51,777 bases of DNA from an uncultured Candidatus Saccharibacteria bacterium. Lineage in GTDB: Bacteria > Patescibacteriota > Minisyncoccia > UBA6257 > 2-01-FULL-56-20. Position numbers and translations under genes: made by a program. Location of the stretch: NCBI GenBank assembly GCA_964483915.1, contig CAZADL010000003.1, positions 1-51,777 on the forward strand. Direction: 5' to 3'. Below are positions 41,107-49,928 of the stretch, piece by piece; positions within the stretch are counted from its first letter, which is position 1, and the number at the start of each line of letters is the position of its first letter. The notes beneath the pieces are model-generated. The model had not been told where the DNA came from. It made no database searches and was given only the letters and a program-made list of their open reading frames with translations.

Positions 41107-44100
41107 CTACGCCTTTTTTATTCCGATCCAAATTTTCTGGCCTTCCCATTTTCCGGATTCCTCCGCGTCAAATTTTTCGGAACGTGCGTACGAGATTGTT
41201 TTCGCGCCGATATCGGCCATAAATGTTTTCTCTTTCGTGCGCAGGGCGTTCGCAGCTTCTTCCGGCAAAACCGCGAAGATCGCTATGCGGTCCTTCGGCT
41301 GGAGCCCCGCTTTCTGCCGGAGCTCTTGCGCCATGCGCGCAATGTCGCGCACGATGCCTTCGGCCCGCAATTCCGGCGTGATCGCCGTATCAAGAACAAC
41401 TTCCCCTTTTCTCAATTTCGCACTGAGTTTTATCTCTTTTACATTCACCTCGTCAGCCAAGATTTTCAAAAGTTCTTTGTCGCGGGCAGTTTGCCATGTG
41501 CCCTTCGCAATTTCCATCTTCGCGAGCGGCTGGCGAATCTTAATCCCTACCTCCGCGCGTTTTGCAAGACCCTCGCTCGCAAGTTGGCGCATTTTTTTCA
41601 TACCTTCAAGCAACTTCATTCTCTCTCGAGGAGCCAAAAGGTGGCGTAATGATGGCCATGCTGCAAGGTGGATCGAAGGAGCTTCTTTTGTCATCTGTCG
41701 TTTCCTAAGTAGGCTCTGAAATATCGCCTCTGCAAGGAACGGCATGAAAGGGGCCGCAACCTTGCTTATCGTCAATAAACTTTCGAAAAGCGTATCAAAA
41801 AAAGCTTCATCGTGCCGTTTTCGGCTCCGTCGGAGATACCACGTCGACAGATCGTCAATATAATCTTGAATAGCGCGCGTGGCGTGAACTGTATCATATG
41901 CGTTCAGACATTGGGTCACCGCCTCATTCAATTCTGCGGTGCGCGTCAAAATCCACGTATCAAGAATTGTACACTTTTCACTTCTTTTCTTGTTTTTTTC
42001 TTTTTCGGGAAGATAGGTTGCAAAATATTTATAGACATTCACTAAGAGAAGTTCTACTTTGCGATATACCGCCTCGACGCCTTTTTCTGAAAAATTTAAG
42101 TTGTCTGCCTGCATCACAACAGAATTCATCAGATAGAACCTGATGCTGTCGGCCCCATATTTGTTGATCACAAGCCACGGATCCGGAAAGTTGTTTTTCG
42201 ATTTGCTCATTTTTGAACCGTCCCCGGCGAGGATCGTTCCTGTCGTCACCACGTTTTGAAACGGGGCTTTTTTGAACAAAATGAACGATATGACGTGCAT
42301 CACATAAAACCATGCACGAGTTTGCGCGATATATTCCGCAACAAACTGCGCCGGAAGATGCTTCTTAAAAGTATCTTTGTTTTCAAAAGGATAATGATAC
42401 TCCGCAAACGGCATTGACCCCGCTTCCATCCACGAATCGAATAACTCCGGGGTTCGGCGCATCGTACCGCGGCATTTAACGCATGGCAATGTTATTTCAT
42501 CGATGTATGGTCGATGCATGTCCGCTTCGCCGCCGTCATTTCGTGGAACGATTTCGAAATTAAGCTCGCGAATTTCGGCAAAGCTGATAAAATCGTTGGC
42601 GCGTTTTTCTTTCTCGGCGATCGCACGTTTCTCGCTCCACGCTTCTCCGACAGCGAAAAGCATCCATGTCGGATACTCATGCGTCACGATCAGAATATTT
42701 TTGCCTCCATATTTTTCCTCACAATCCTTCAGGAAATTCCATACGCGGGATCGTACATCCCTGAGGGATTCTCCGCCTTCCGGCCGTTTTTCAAAACGCG
42801 ATTGATAAGTCGGAAACATCTCGGCATACTTTTCGTCGCGGCGACCCATAAGCGTGGGCCCCAGATGGATTTCCTGAAGTCGCTTGTCGAGCACCACCTT
42901 TTCCCCTGTAAAAACCGACGCATCGATCTTTTCCGTTTCGTGTGTCCGCGTCACATCCGAAGCCACGATGATATCGAGCTTCATTTTTTTCTTCGCGAGT
43001 TCTTTTTTAAATTTCTCGATCGATGCCCCAACTTGCTTCCGCCCACGCGGCGTGAGATGTAAATATTTTCGCTCGCCGGAATCAAGAATGTCGAATATGT
43101 TGCTTTCGGCTTCGCCGTGACGCATCACCCAGTAACGATTCTTCGAACCACCCGCCCGAACCGAGAGCTCACGAAGTCCCCCGATCGCTTCTTCCTCACT
43201 GCATTTTTCGCACCTCCAAACCGGCAGAGGGTTTCCCCAGTAGCGGTTGCGCGAGATATTCCAATCCGGAGCCGCTTCAACGCTTTTTTGATAACGGCCG
43301 TATTTCAAGTGCGCGGGGAACCAATTGATCTCTTTTCTGTTTGACGCAATCAGTTTTTGCTTGATTTTTTGGACATTAATAAACCACGAGGGGATGGCGT
43401 TATAGAAAAGAACGTTTCCACACCGCCAACAAAATGGATAGGAATGGGTACTTCTTTCTTTTTTGAAAAGCAGCGGCTTCGGTTTGCGATTCTCCAGGTT
43501 TGAGATCACGAGCGCATCCGCTTTTTTAAAATATTGTCCGCGCAAGAACGTCGGAGCTTTGTCGTTAAAAACGCCTCGGTCGTCCAGCATCGGCACGACC
43601 GGTAATCCGATTTTCATGCCCAAATTATAATCGTCCTCGCCATAGACCACTGCCGTATGGACAATGCCAGTACCATCCGTCGTGGTAACAAAATCCGCGG
43701 GATACACTTTATAAGATTTTTCACTCTTTATTGCGGGGGTATCGAAAAGCGGTTCGTATTCAAGGCCAATGAGATCCATTCCGGAATACTGATAATTTAT
43801 CCTGCCGTCAGCCGCCAGTCCCAGATCCGAAAGCCGATCAACTGCGGCGATCAATATTTCCCCGCCCCGCGAAACTGGTTGGTAGCGTATATCCCGTCCA
43901 ACCGCAAGCGCCACATTTCCGGGTAATGTCCACGGCGTCGTCGTCCACGCCAAGAGATAAACATTCTCGCCTCGCAGATTTATTTTTTCTGGGTTTTTAA
44001 TTTTAAACTTCACGGTGACTGATTCCTCGATAACATCCTTATAGCTGTTATCCATCGCAACTTCGAAATTCGAAACCGGAGTTTCGCATCGGGGGCAGTA

Positions 44101-44700
44101 CAATAAAACTTTTCTTCCTTGATACACTAAATTTTTTTTATAGATTTCCTTAAATGCCCACCAGACCGATTCCATATAGTCGGTATCCATCGTTTTGTAG
44201 GAATCAGCGAATTCAACCCACCGCGCCATGCGACGGATCATTTTATCCCATTCATCGGCATAGCCCAGTACCATGCTTCGGCACGTCTCGTTAAACTTTT
44301 TAATGCCGATTTTCTCAATCTGCTTTTTACCGGAGATACCGAGTTTCCGCTCGACAATTTCTTCAATCGGCAAGCCATGACAATCCCATCCCCACCTGCG
44401 CCGCACATACCGGCCCTGCATTGTCTGATATCGCGGGATGACATCCTTGATGGTGGATGCCAAAATATGCCCATAGTGCGGAAGTCCTGTTGCAAAAGGC
44501 GGACCGTCGTAAAAAGTAAATGGCCTGTTTTTCCGCGTTTGCGACAAACTTTTTTCAAAAATATGATGCTCGTTCCAAAACGCCAAGACCCGCTCCTCAA
44601 GTTCCGGCAGATTGAACTCGCCTGCCAAAAAATCCGGCCGCGGAAAGACAGATTTTTTCTTACTCTTTGGTTCCTGCTTTTCCAGAGATTTTCTGACCAT
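41107..44700 (-). CDS. ileS: Isoleucine--tRNA ligase with an internal histidine-phosphatase-like insertion
   Basis: HIGH (PHYGH), the CP1 editing region, KMSKS and the anticodon-binding region are present. The length is 1197 aa because of an insert at about aa 520-722. Confidence 0.92.
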   Translation of the reverse strand: MVRKSLEKQEPKSKKKSVFPRPDFLAGEFNLPELEERVLAFWNEHHIFEKSLSQTRKNRPFTFYDGPPFATGLPHYGHILASTIKDVIPRYQTMQGRYVRRRWGWDCHGLPIEEIVERKLGISGKKQIEKIGIKKFNETCRSMVLGYADEWDKMIRRMARWVEFADSYKTMDTDYMESVWWAFKEIYKKNLVYQGRKVLLYCPRCETPVSNFEVAMDNSYKDVIEESVTVKFKIKNPEKINLRGENVYLLAWTTTPWTLPGNVALAVGRDIRYQPVSRGGEILIAAVDRLSDLGLAADGRINYQYSGMDLIGLEYEPLFDTPAIKSEKSYKVYPADFVTTTDGTGIVHTAVVYGEDDYNLGMKIGLPVVPMLDDRGVFNDKAPTFLRGQYFKKADALVISNLENRKPKPLLFKKERSTHSYPFCWRCGNVLFYNAIPSWFINVQKIKQKLIASNRKEINWFPAHLKYGRYQKSVEAAPDWNISRNRYWGNPLPVWRCEKCSEEEAIGGLRELSVRAGGSKNRYWVMRHGEAESNIFDILDSGERKYLHLTPRGRKQVGASIEKFKKELAKKKMKLDIIVASDVTRTHETEKIDASVFTGEKVVLDKRLQEIHLGPTLMGRRDEKYAEMFPTYQSRFEKRPEGGESLRDVRSRVWNFLKDCEEKYGGKNILIVTHEYPTWMLFAVGEAWSEKRAIAEKEKRANDFISFAEIRELNFEIVPRNDGGEADMHRPYIDEITLPCVKCRGTMRRTPELFDSWMEAGSMPFAEYHYPFENKDTFKKHLPAQFVAEYIAQTRAWFYVMHVISFILFKKAPFQNVVTTGTILAGDGSKMSKSKNNFPDPWLVINKYGADSIRFYLMNSVVMQADNLNFSEKGVEAVYRKVELLLVNVYKYFATYLPEKEKNKKRSEKCTILDTWILTRTAELNEAVTQCLNAYDTVHATRAIQDYIDDLSTWYLRRSRKRHDEAFFDTLFESLLTISKVAAPFMPFLAEAIFQSLLRKRQMTKEAPSIHLAAWPSLRHLLAPRERMKLLEGMKKMRQLASEGLAKRAEVGIKIRQPLAKMEIAKGTWQTARDKELLKILADEVNVKEIKLSAKLRKGEVVLDTAITPELRAEGIVRDIARMAQELRQKAGLQPKDRIAIFAVLPEEAANALRTKEKTFMADIGAKTISYARSEKFDAEESGKWEGQKIWIGIKKA

Positions 44701-44739
44701 GTCTTATAAAAGTACCAGAAAATCAGTAAAACTTCAAAA

Positions 44740-44762
44740 TTATTGAGGTCGAACCTCGATAA
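44740..44762. repeat. Small palindrome related to 13895-13921
   Basis: The palindrome is TTATTGAGGTCGAACCTCGATAA. It shares GAGGYCGRACCTCGATAA with the 13902-13919 element. Confidence 0.4.
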
Positions 44763-44801
44763 TTTTTGGTGAAAAGTTCTGAAATACGTTAAAATAAGAC
44801 C

Positions 44802-46640
44802 ATGATCGAAAGCGAACTACGCGCTGCTATCAAGAACGCCGCGGCGGAGGCCGATTTCCCCGTCGGCGATAACGACATCAAACTGGAACATCCGGCGCTT
44901 CCCAAGCACGGCGATTATGCCACCAATCTGGCGCTTGCGCTCGCGAAAAAAATCCGCAAACCGCCCATGGAAATCGCGCGGTCCATCGCCCGTGGCATTT
45001 CTTCTCCTCTCGTTGCGAAGGCCGAAGCCGCTGCGCCGGGCTTTATCAATCTCTCGCTCTCCGACAACTTCCTAAAAGAAGAAACGGCACGGATCATAGC
45101 GGCCGGCCCGCGCTATGGCGCACCGCAGAAAAAAAATCAACGCGTGCTCGTGGAGCATACCCAGATCAACCCCAATAAGGAACCGCACGTCGGGCATCTC
45201 CGGAATGCCGTGATCGGGGACTCGCTCGTGAAGATCTATCGCTTGGCCGCCTATGACGTGAAGGCGCTCTATTATCATAACGATGTCGGCCAACAGATCG
45301 CGTCGATCCTTCTCGCCGAGAAAAAAGTTTTTATCCGGCGTGACGGATTTCCGACCACTATGGCCTGGGCATCAGCGGCATATGCAGACGTAGAAAGAAG
45401 AATGGAAGACGAAAAAGAATTAAAAAAAGAGAGGGAGAGAATGCAAATTGAAATCGCGAAACAAACCACGCCGGAAGCTGCGCGTGCCGAGGCACTCACG
45501 CTCGAGATACTTCACAAAACGCTCAACGTTCTCGCAAAACTCAACATTCCCTATGATCTCATCGTCCGCGAGAGCGATATTTTAAAAGGAAACCTCTGGG
45601 AGAAAACGTTCGAACTCCTGAAGACAAAGCCGGCGTTCTATCAGGTGACGGAAGGCGAAAAGAAAGGATGCTGGCTCATCAAGATGCCGGACGCCGAGGA
45701 CAAGATCGTTGTCCGTTCAAACGGCGTACCAACCTATGCCGGCAACGATATCGCGAATCACCTCTGGAAATTCGGCATTCTCCCCGACTTCCGGTATGAA
45801 AAGCTCGATTGGAAAACACAGACAGAGCCGCTTTATATGACGGTCTCGGAAGGCGGCGAAGCGCGGCGCGATTTCACGCGCGCCGATGCCATCGTGAACA
45901 TCATCGACCAGACGCAAACCTATCCGCAGGAAAGCGTCATGGAATCGCTCCGCGTCCTTGGCTTCACAAAAGAAGCGGAACATTACCATCACGTGAACTA
46001 TGGCTTCGTTTATCTTTCGCGGAAAACGGCGGAACAGCTCGGCATGCCGGTCGAGGAAGGCGCCTCGCAGGTGAAGATCAGCGGCCGAAAAGGAATAACG
46101 GTTTCCATAGAAACATTTCTGGAAAAAATGAAGGAGGTCCTCCGCGAAAAATACGGCGAGTACGAATCGCTCGCGGCGGTCGCGACCGGCGCGATCAAGT
46201 TCGAGCTTTTGAAATACAATACTTATCAGGATGTCGTGTTCGATCTCGATGCGGCGCTCGACATTCACGGCATGAGCGGTCCCTACGTCCAGTATGCCGC
46301 AACGCGGGCAAAAAACATTCTTGCGAAATCGGATGGTAAATGGCAAGTGGCAAATGGCAAATGGCCGGCAGCGGACAAACTGCCTGAAGCGGAAAAAACG
46401 ATCCTCCGCACGTTGTATCGTTTTCCTAAAGTTGTCGCGCGCGCGCTCGGCGATTTCGCGCCGCACTATCTCTGTCTCTATCTTTTTGAACTCTCACAAC
46501 TATGGAACTCGTTCTACAATGAGAACCGCATCATCGGTTCGGACCGGGAAGCGGAACGGCTCCTCCTCACGAAGGCCGTGGCGCACGTGCTCGAAAACGG
46601 CTTGGGACTTCTCGGCATCGAATCCCCGGAAAAAATGTGA
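44802..46640 (+). CDS. argS: Arginine--tRNA ligase
   Basis: An N-terminal Arg_tRNA_synt_N-like domain, the HIGH-type NPNKEPHVGHLRN motif and a DALR anticodon-binding C-terminus, at 612 aa. Confidence 0.92.
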   Translation: MIESELRAAIKNAAAEADFPVGDNDIKLEHPALPKHGDYATNLALALAKKIRKPPMEIARSIARGISSPLVAKAEAAAPGFINLSLSDNFLKEETARIIAAGPRYGAPQKKNQRVLVEHTQINPNKEPHVGHLRNAVIGDSLVKIYRLAAYDVKALYYHNDVGQQIASILLAEKKVFIRRDGFPTTMAWASAAYADVERRMEDEKELKKERERMQIEIAKQTTPEAARAEALTLEILHKTLNVLAKLNIPYDLIVRESDILKGNLWEKTFELLKTKPAFYQVTEGEKKGCWLIKMPDAEDKIVVRSNGVPTYAGNDIANHLWKFGILPDFRYEKLDWKTQTEPLYMTVSEGGEARRDFTRADAIVNIIDQTQTYPQESVMESLRVLGFTKEAEHYHHVNYGFVYLSRKTAEQLGMPVEEGASQVKISGRKGITVSIETFLEKMKEVLREKYGEYESLAAVATGAIKFELLKYNTYQDVVFDLDAALDIHGMSGPYVQYAATRAKNILAKSDGKWQVANGKWPAADKLPEAEKTILRTLYRFPKVVARALGDFAPHYLCLYLFELSQLWNSFYNENRIIGSDREAERLLLTKAVAHVLENGLGLLGIESPEKM

Positions 46641-46654
46641 CCGCGCTCTGCGCG

Positions 46655-46680
46655 ATCATCCTGAACGTAGCGAAGGATCC
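46655..46680. repeat. Single-hairpin relative of the GTCATTCTGAGCG element
   Basis: ATCATCCTGAACGTAGCGAAGGATCC can be compared with GTCATTCTGAGCGACAGCGAAGAATCC at 26631. Confidence 0.4.
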
Positions 46681-46701
46681 CTTCATAAAATTAGCCGCAG
46701 C

Positions 46702-47154
46702 ATGACATCCACAAACTTTAAAACCATCGCAGAAAACCGGCGCGCCCGCTTCGACTACGATATCAAAGAGAAATTTGAGGCTGGCATTGAACTCAAAGGT
46801 TATGAGGTGAAAAGCGTCAAGAGCGGGCGGTTTCAGATCGCAGGCGCGCAGGTTCTCGTCCGCCGCGGCGAAGCGTGGCTCGTCAATTCCCACATCCCCC
46901 CGTACCAACCGAAAAACATGCCTGCGGACTACGCCGAAGATCGTGCGCGAAAATTATTGCTCACGAAAAACGAAATAAAGGGCGTCATGGGAATGTTGTA
47001 TGATAAAAGTCAGCGGTTGATTCCCCTGCGCGCATATCTCAAAAACGGCTTTGTGAAGCTTGAACTCGGCCTCGGCCGGCTGCGCAAAAAATCTGACAAG
47101 CGTGAGGTTCTCAAAAAGCGCGCCCATACCCGCGAGATGCGGGAAAGTTTGTAA
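46702..47154 (+). CDS. smpB: SsrA-binding protein SmpB
   Basis: IAENRRARFDYDIKEKFEAGIELKGYEVKS... is typical of SmpB. The start is set at MTSTNF. Confidence 0.9.
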   Translation: MTSTNFKTIAENRRARFDYDIKEKFEAGIELKGYEVKSVKSGRFQIAGAQVLVRRGEAWLVNSHIPPYQPKNMPADYAEDRARKLLLTKNEIKGVMGMLYDKSQRLIPLRAYLKNGFVKLELGLGRLRKKSDKREVLKKRAHTREMRESL

Positions 47155-47161
47155 ATCAAAA

Positions 47162-49648
47162 CTATTTTTCTATGAGATTTCCGTATTTCCGATAGAAATA
47201 TTTCTTTGCGAGCTCAACCGCGAAAAGGTAAAGAGCAACGATGGCAAGGATGGCGATCAGGGGATAGGTCCCGAGGTTTGCAAAACCAATGCTCCTGCCG
47301 AAGCCGGTGAACGGCAGGATCCACGCAATGATGACGGCGCCGAACGTAGAGAGGAGCAATGTCGTGCTCGGCCTGCTCTTCCAAAAACCGGCGCGGCTCC
47401 TGATGAGGTTGACGACCAGCGTTTGTGTCGCGATGGATTCAAGGAACCATCCCGTCTGGAACGTCCCTCCCGCCGCGCGGAGCATAACCCATAAGAACCC
47501 AAAGGTGACAAAATCGAAACACGAGGAGAGCGGCCCGAATATAAGCATAAATTTCTTGAGAAATTTCACATTGAATTTTTTCGGGCGCGTGAGAAATTCA
47601 TCATCTACATTATCGAACGGAATCGCAAGCTGGGACGAATCGTAGAGGAAGTTGTTCAAGAGAATCTGCGGTGCCGTCATTGGCAAAAACGGGAAGACGA
47701 GCGAGGCGACCGGCATACTGAACATATTGCCGAAATTTGAAGAAAGCGCCATCTGGAGATATTTGAACGTATTCGCAAATGTTTTCCGTCCCTCTACGAT
47801 CCCCTCGACGATCTCACGCAGTCCCTTTTTGAGGAGAATGATGTCCGCCGTTTGCTTTGCGACGTCAACCGCATTCTCCACGGAAATACCAACATCGGCT
47901 TCTTTGAGTGAGAGAACGTCGTTCACGCCGTCCCCCATATATGCGACGACGTGACCGTTTTCGCGGAGAACCCGTATGATCCGCTGTTTTTGTTCGGGCG
48001 TCACGCGGAAAAAAACGGTGGTACTTTGAGCGGTGCGCCGCAATTCATCATCAGTGAGCTTCGCGACCTCGTCTCCCCCGATCGCACCCTGAATTCCAAT
48101 TCCGATCTCCTCCATAATTTTCTTTGTGACAAAGAGATTGTCACCGGTCGCAATTTTGACAGCTACATTGATCTTGGCCAATTTTTCCAACGTCTCTTTC
48201 GCGGTCTTTTTGGGCGGATCGAGAAAAGCGAGGAAACCAACAAAAGAAAGAGCTTGCTCGTCCGTCGCGCCGTACGGCGTATGCTTCAATGGTACGTCCC
48301 GAATGCCGACCGCAAGCACACGAAACCCATCTTTACTCAACGCTTCATATTCGGCATTGACCTTCTGCCGCACCGAAGGTGCCAGTTTTTTCTGTTTCGC
48401 AATGCCCCAGAAATCTGCAAATTTTAATATCTCTTCCGGCGCACCCTTCGCGATGAGAACCGTCTTTCCCCGCTTTTTTACAACGACCGATTCTATGCGG
48501 CGCACGGCATCAAACGGGATTTCGTCTACTTTTTCCCAGTCGTTCACATCGATACGTTTATAGTTTTCTATCGCCGCATCAAGCACGCCACGTACGCCCG
48601 TGAGATGTCTGCTGCTCATGAGTCCCCAAAAAAAGGTTTCATCGCTTTCTGCGCCGAAGGGATCCACACACCTCATGAGTGCAATCTTATCCTCGGTGAG
48701 CGTTCCAGTCTTGTCAGTGCAGAGCACGTCAACGCTCCCGAAGTTGTGGATTGCGGCGAGTTTTTTCACGATAACGCCGCCCCGCGACATCGCGAGCGCG
48801 CCTTTCGCCAGATTGCTCGTAACGATCAAAGGCAGAAGTTCGGGCGTGAGGCCGACCGCGATCGCAACAGAGAAAAGAAACATCTGCAACGGATCTTGGC
48901 GGTTGAAGAAAATATTGAGGAGGATGACGGCGAGCACGAGAAATAGCGTCACGCGGAAGATAAATCTGCTGAACTCCTTGAGATTCTTTTCAAACTCTGT
49001 GGGAACGTCCGGTTTCCTTAATTTTTCGGCGATACCGCCGACCCGGGTCCTCGCACCAGTCGCCGTCACAACGGCAAATCCTTTTCCGGAAACGACACTG
49101 GATTCCATTAAAACCGTCCGTGCCGCTGGCATACCAGCTTCTTTCTCTACGGGGACCGATTCCCCGGTGAGCATGCTCTCGTCGACGAAAAGGTCTTTCG
49201 CCTCAAAAAGAATACCGTCTGCCGGAACGATATCTCCCGCCTCAAGCGCAAAGACATCACCCGGAACGATGTCTCGGACGTGCCGCTCTTCGAGCTTCCC
49301 ATCACGCAGAACCGCCGCCGTCACCGTTACTTTCTCACGCAGAGCTTCTGCCGCCTTCGCGGAGCGGTAGGTGTTTATAAAATCAATGAGCGCGCTCCCG
49401 AAAACGATGGCGAGGATAACGCCCGCTTCAAAACGCGACCCCAGTATGCCGGAGATGAGCGCCGCAGCGACCAAAAGAATAAGGAGCGGGCTCCTAAATT
49501 TGGAAAGAAAAATAAAAAGTGGCCGCAGACGTTTCCGCTCCGCAAGCTCGTTCGGGCCGTATTGTCGCAACCTGCGTACGGCTTCTCGCGAAGAGAGGCC
49601 TTTCTCCGAAGTTCCCTGCGCGGCAAAAACGTCACCCTGCTTTTCCAT
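47162..49648 (-). CDS. P-type cation-transporting ATPase (MgtA-like, magnesium-type)
   Basis: TGESVPVEK, CTDKTGTLTEDK (phosphorylated Asp) and MGDGVNDVLSLKEADVGISV are present, at 828 aa. The N-terminus LSSREAVRRLRQYGPNEL resembles MgtA. Confidence 0.85.
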   Translation of the reverse strand: MEKQGDVFAAQGTSEKGLSSREAVRRLRQYGPNELAERKRLRPLFIFLSKFRSPLLILLVAAALISGILGSRFEAGVILAIVFGSALIDFINTYRSAKAAEALREKVTVTAAVLRDGKLEERHVRDIVPGDVFALEAGDIVPADGILFEAKDLFVDESMLTGESVPVEKEAGMPAARTVLMESSVVSGKGFAVVTATGARTRVGGIAEKLRKPDVPTEFEKNLKEFSRFIFRVTLFLVLAVILLNIFFNRQDPLQMFLFSVAIAVGLTPELLPLIVTSNLAKGALAMSRGGVIVKKLAAIHNFGSVDVLCTDKTGTLTEDKIALMRCVDPFGAESDETFFWGLMSSRHLTGVRGVLDAAIENYKRIDVNDWEKVDEIPFDAVRRIESVVVKKRGKTVLIAKGAPEEILKFADFWGIAKQKKLAPSVRQKVNAEYEALSKDGFRVLAVGIRDVPLKHTPYGATDEQALSFVGFLAFLDPPKKTAKETLEKLAKINVAVKIATGDNLFVTKKIMEEIGIGIQGAIGGDEVAKLTDDELRRTAQSTTVFFRVTPEQKQRIIRVLRENGHVVAYMGDGVNDVLSLKEADVGISVENAVDVAKQTADIILLKKGLREIVEGIVEGRKTFANTFKYLQMALSSNFGNMFSMPVASLVFPFLPMTAPQILLNNFLYDSSQLAIPFDNVDDEFLTRPKKFNVKFLKKFMLIFGPLSSCFDFVTFGFLWVMLRAAGGTFQTGWFLESIATQTLVVNLIRSRAGFWKSRPSTTLLLSTFGAVIIAWILPFTGFGRSIGFANLGTYPLIAILAIVALYLFAVELAKKYFYRKYGNLIEK

Positions 49649-49928
49649 AACCCTTATTGTATCTCAGAACCGAATATTTCGAGAACGAACCTCTTCAAAC
49701 GGCTAAGCCGCTTCCCAGAACCTATCTCACGTCTCAAAACTACGCCAGCCCGCATTGCGCGCCATCAACATCATCGGGATATTCGCTTATCATTGCTCGA
49801 TCCATCCCTCTATGACAGGGACCGTCATCGTCACGCAGTAATCGGCGGTCCCCGATTATCAAAAATCACCGAATATGTCGGTGGTTTTTGAGGTAAAAAC
49901 TTGCTCGTTGCCGGCCGCCAAAGCGATC
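49649..49928 (-). promoter_or_regulatory. Long structured leader upstream of the P-type ATPase
   Basis: The 280 nt have no ORF. Two mutually exclusive helices are present (49818-49824 with 49846-49852, versus 49840-49845 with 49852-49857), along with a CACCGA/TCGGTG hairpin. Confidence 0.25.

Noticed and set aside
46335-46366. A repetitive GGTAAATGGCAAGTGGCAAATGGCAAATGGCC stretch inside argS encodes GKWQVANGKW.
   Set aside because: It stays in frame within a variable linker of ArgRS before the anticodon-binding domain. It is a small internal duplication, not an independent feature.
46641-46701. I looked for a tmRNA (ssrA) gene next to smpB, and also asked whether the tRNA-like fragments at 10142-10364 or the conserved core at 29803/38576 could be tmRNA pieces.
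   Set aside because: Next to smpB there is no tRNA-like 5' end (GGGG...TTCGAC type), no tag reading frame and no T-arm-ACCA terminus. The tRNA-like fragments carry a D-arm (TAGCTCAGTGG), which tmRNA lacks. The ssrA gene is presumably outside this window.
49649-49928. Assigning the ATPase leader outright to the M-box (ykoK) riboswitch class.
   Set aside because: Only one short segment resembles my recollection of the M-box. The other conserved blocks were not found by eye. It is kept only as an unclassified structured leader pending a covariance-model scan.
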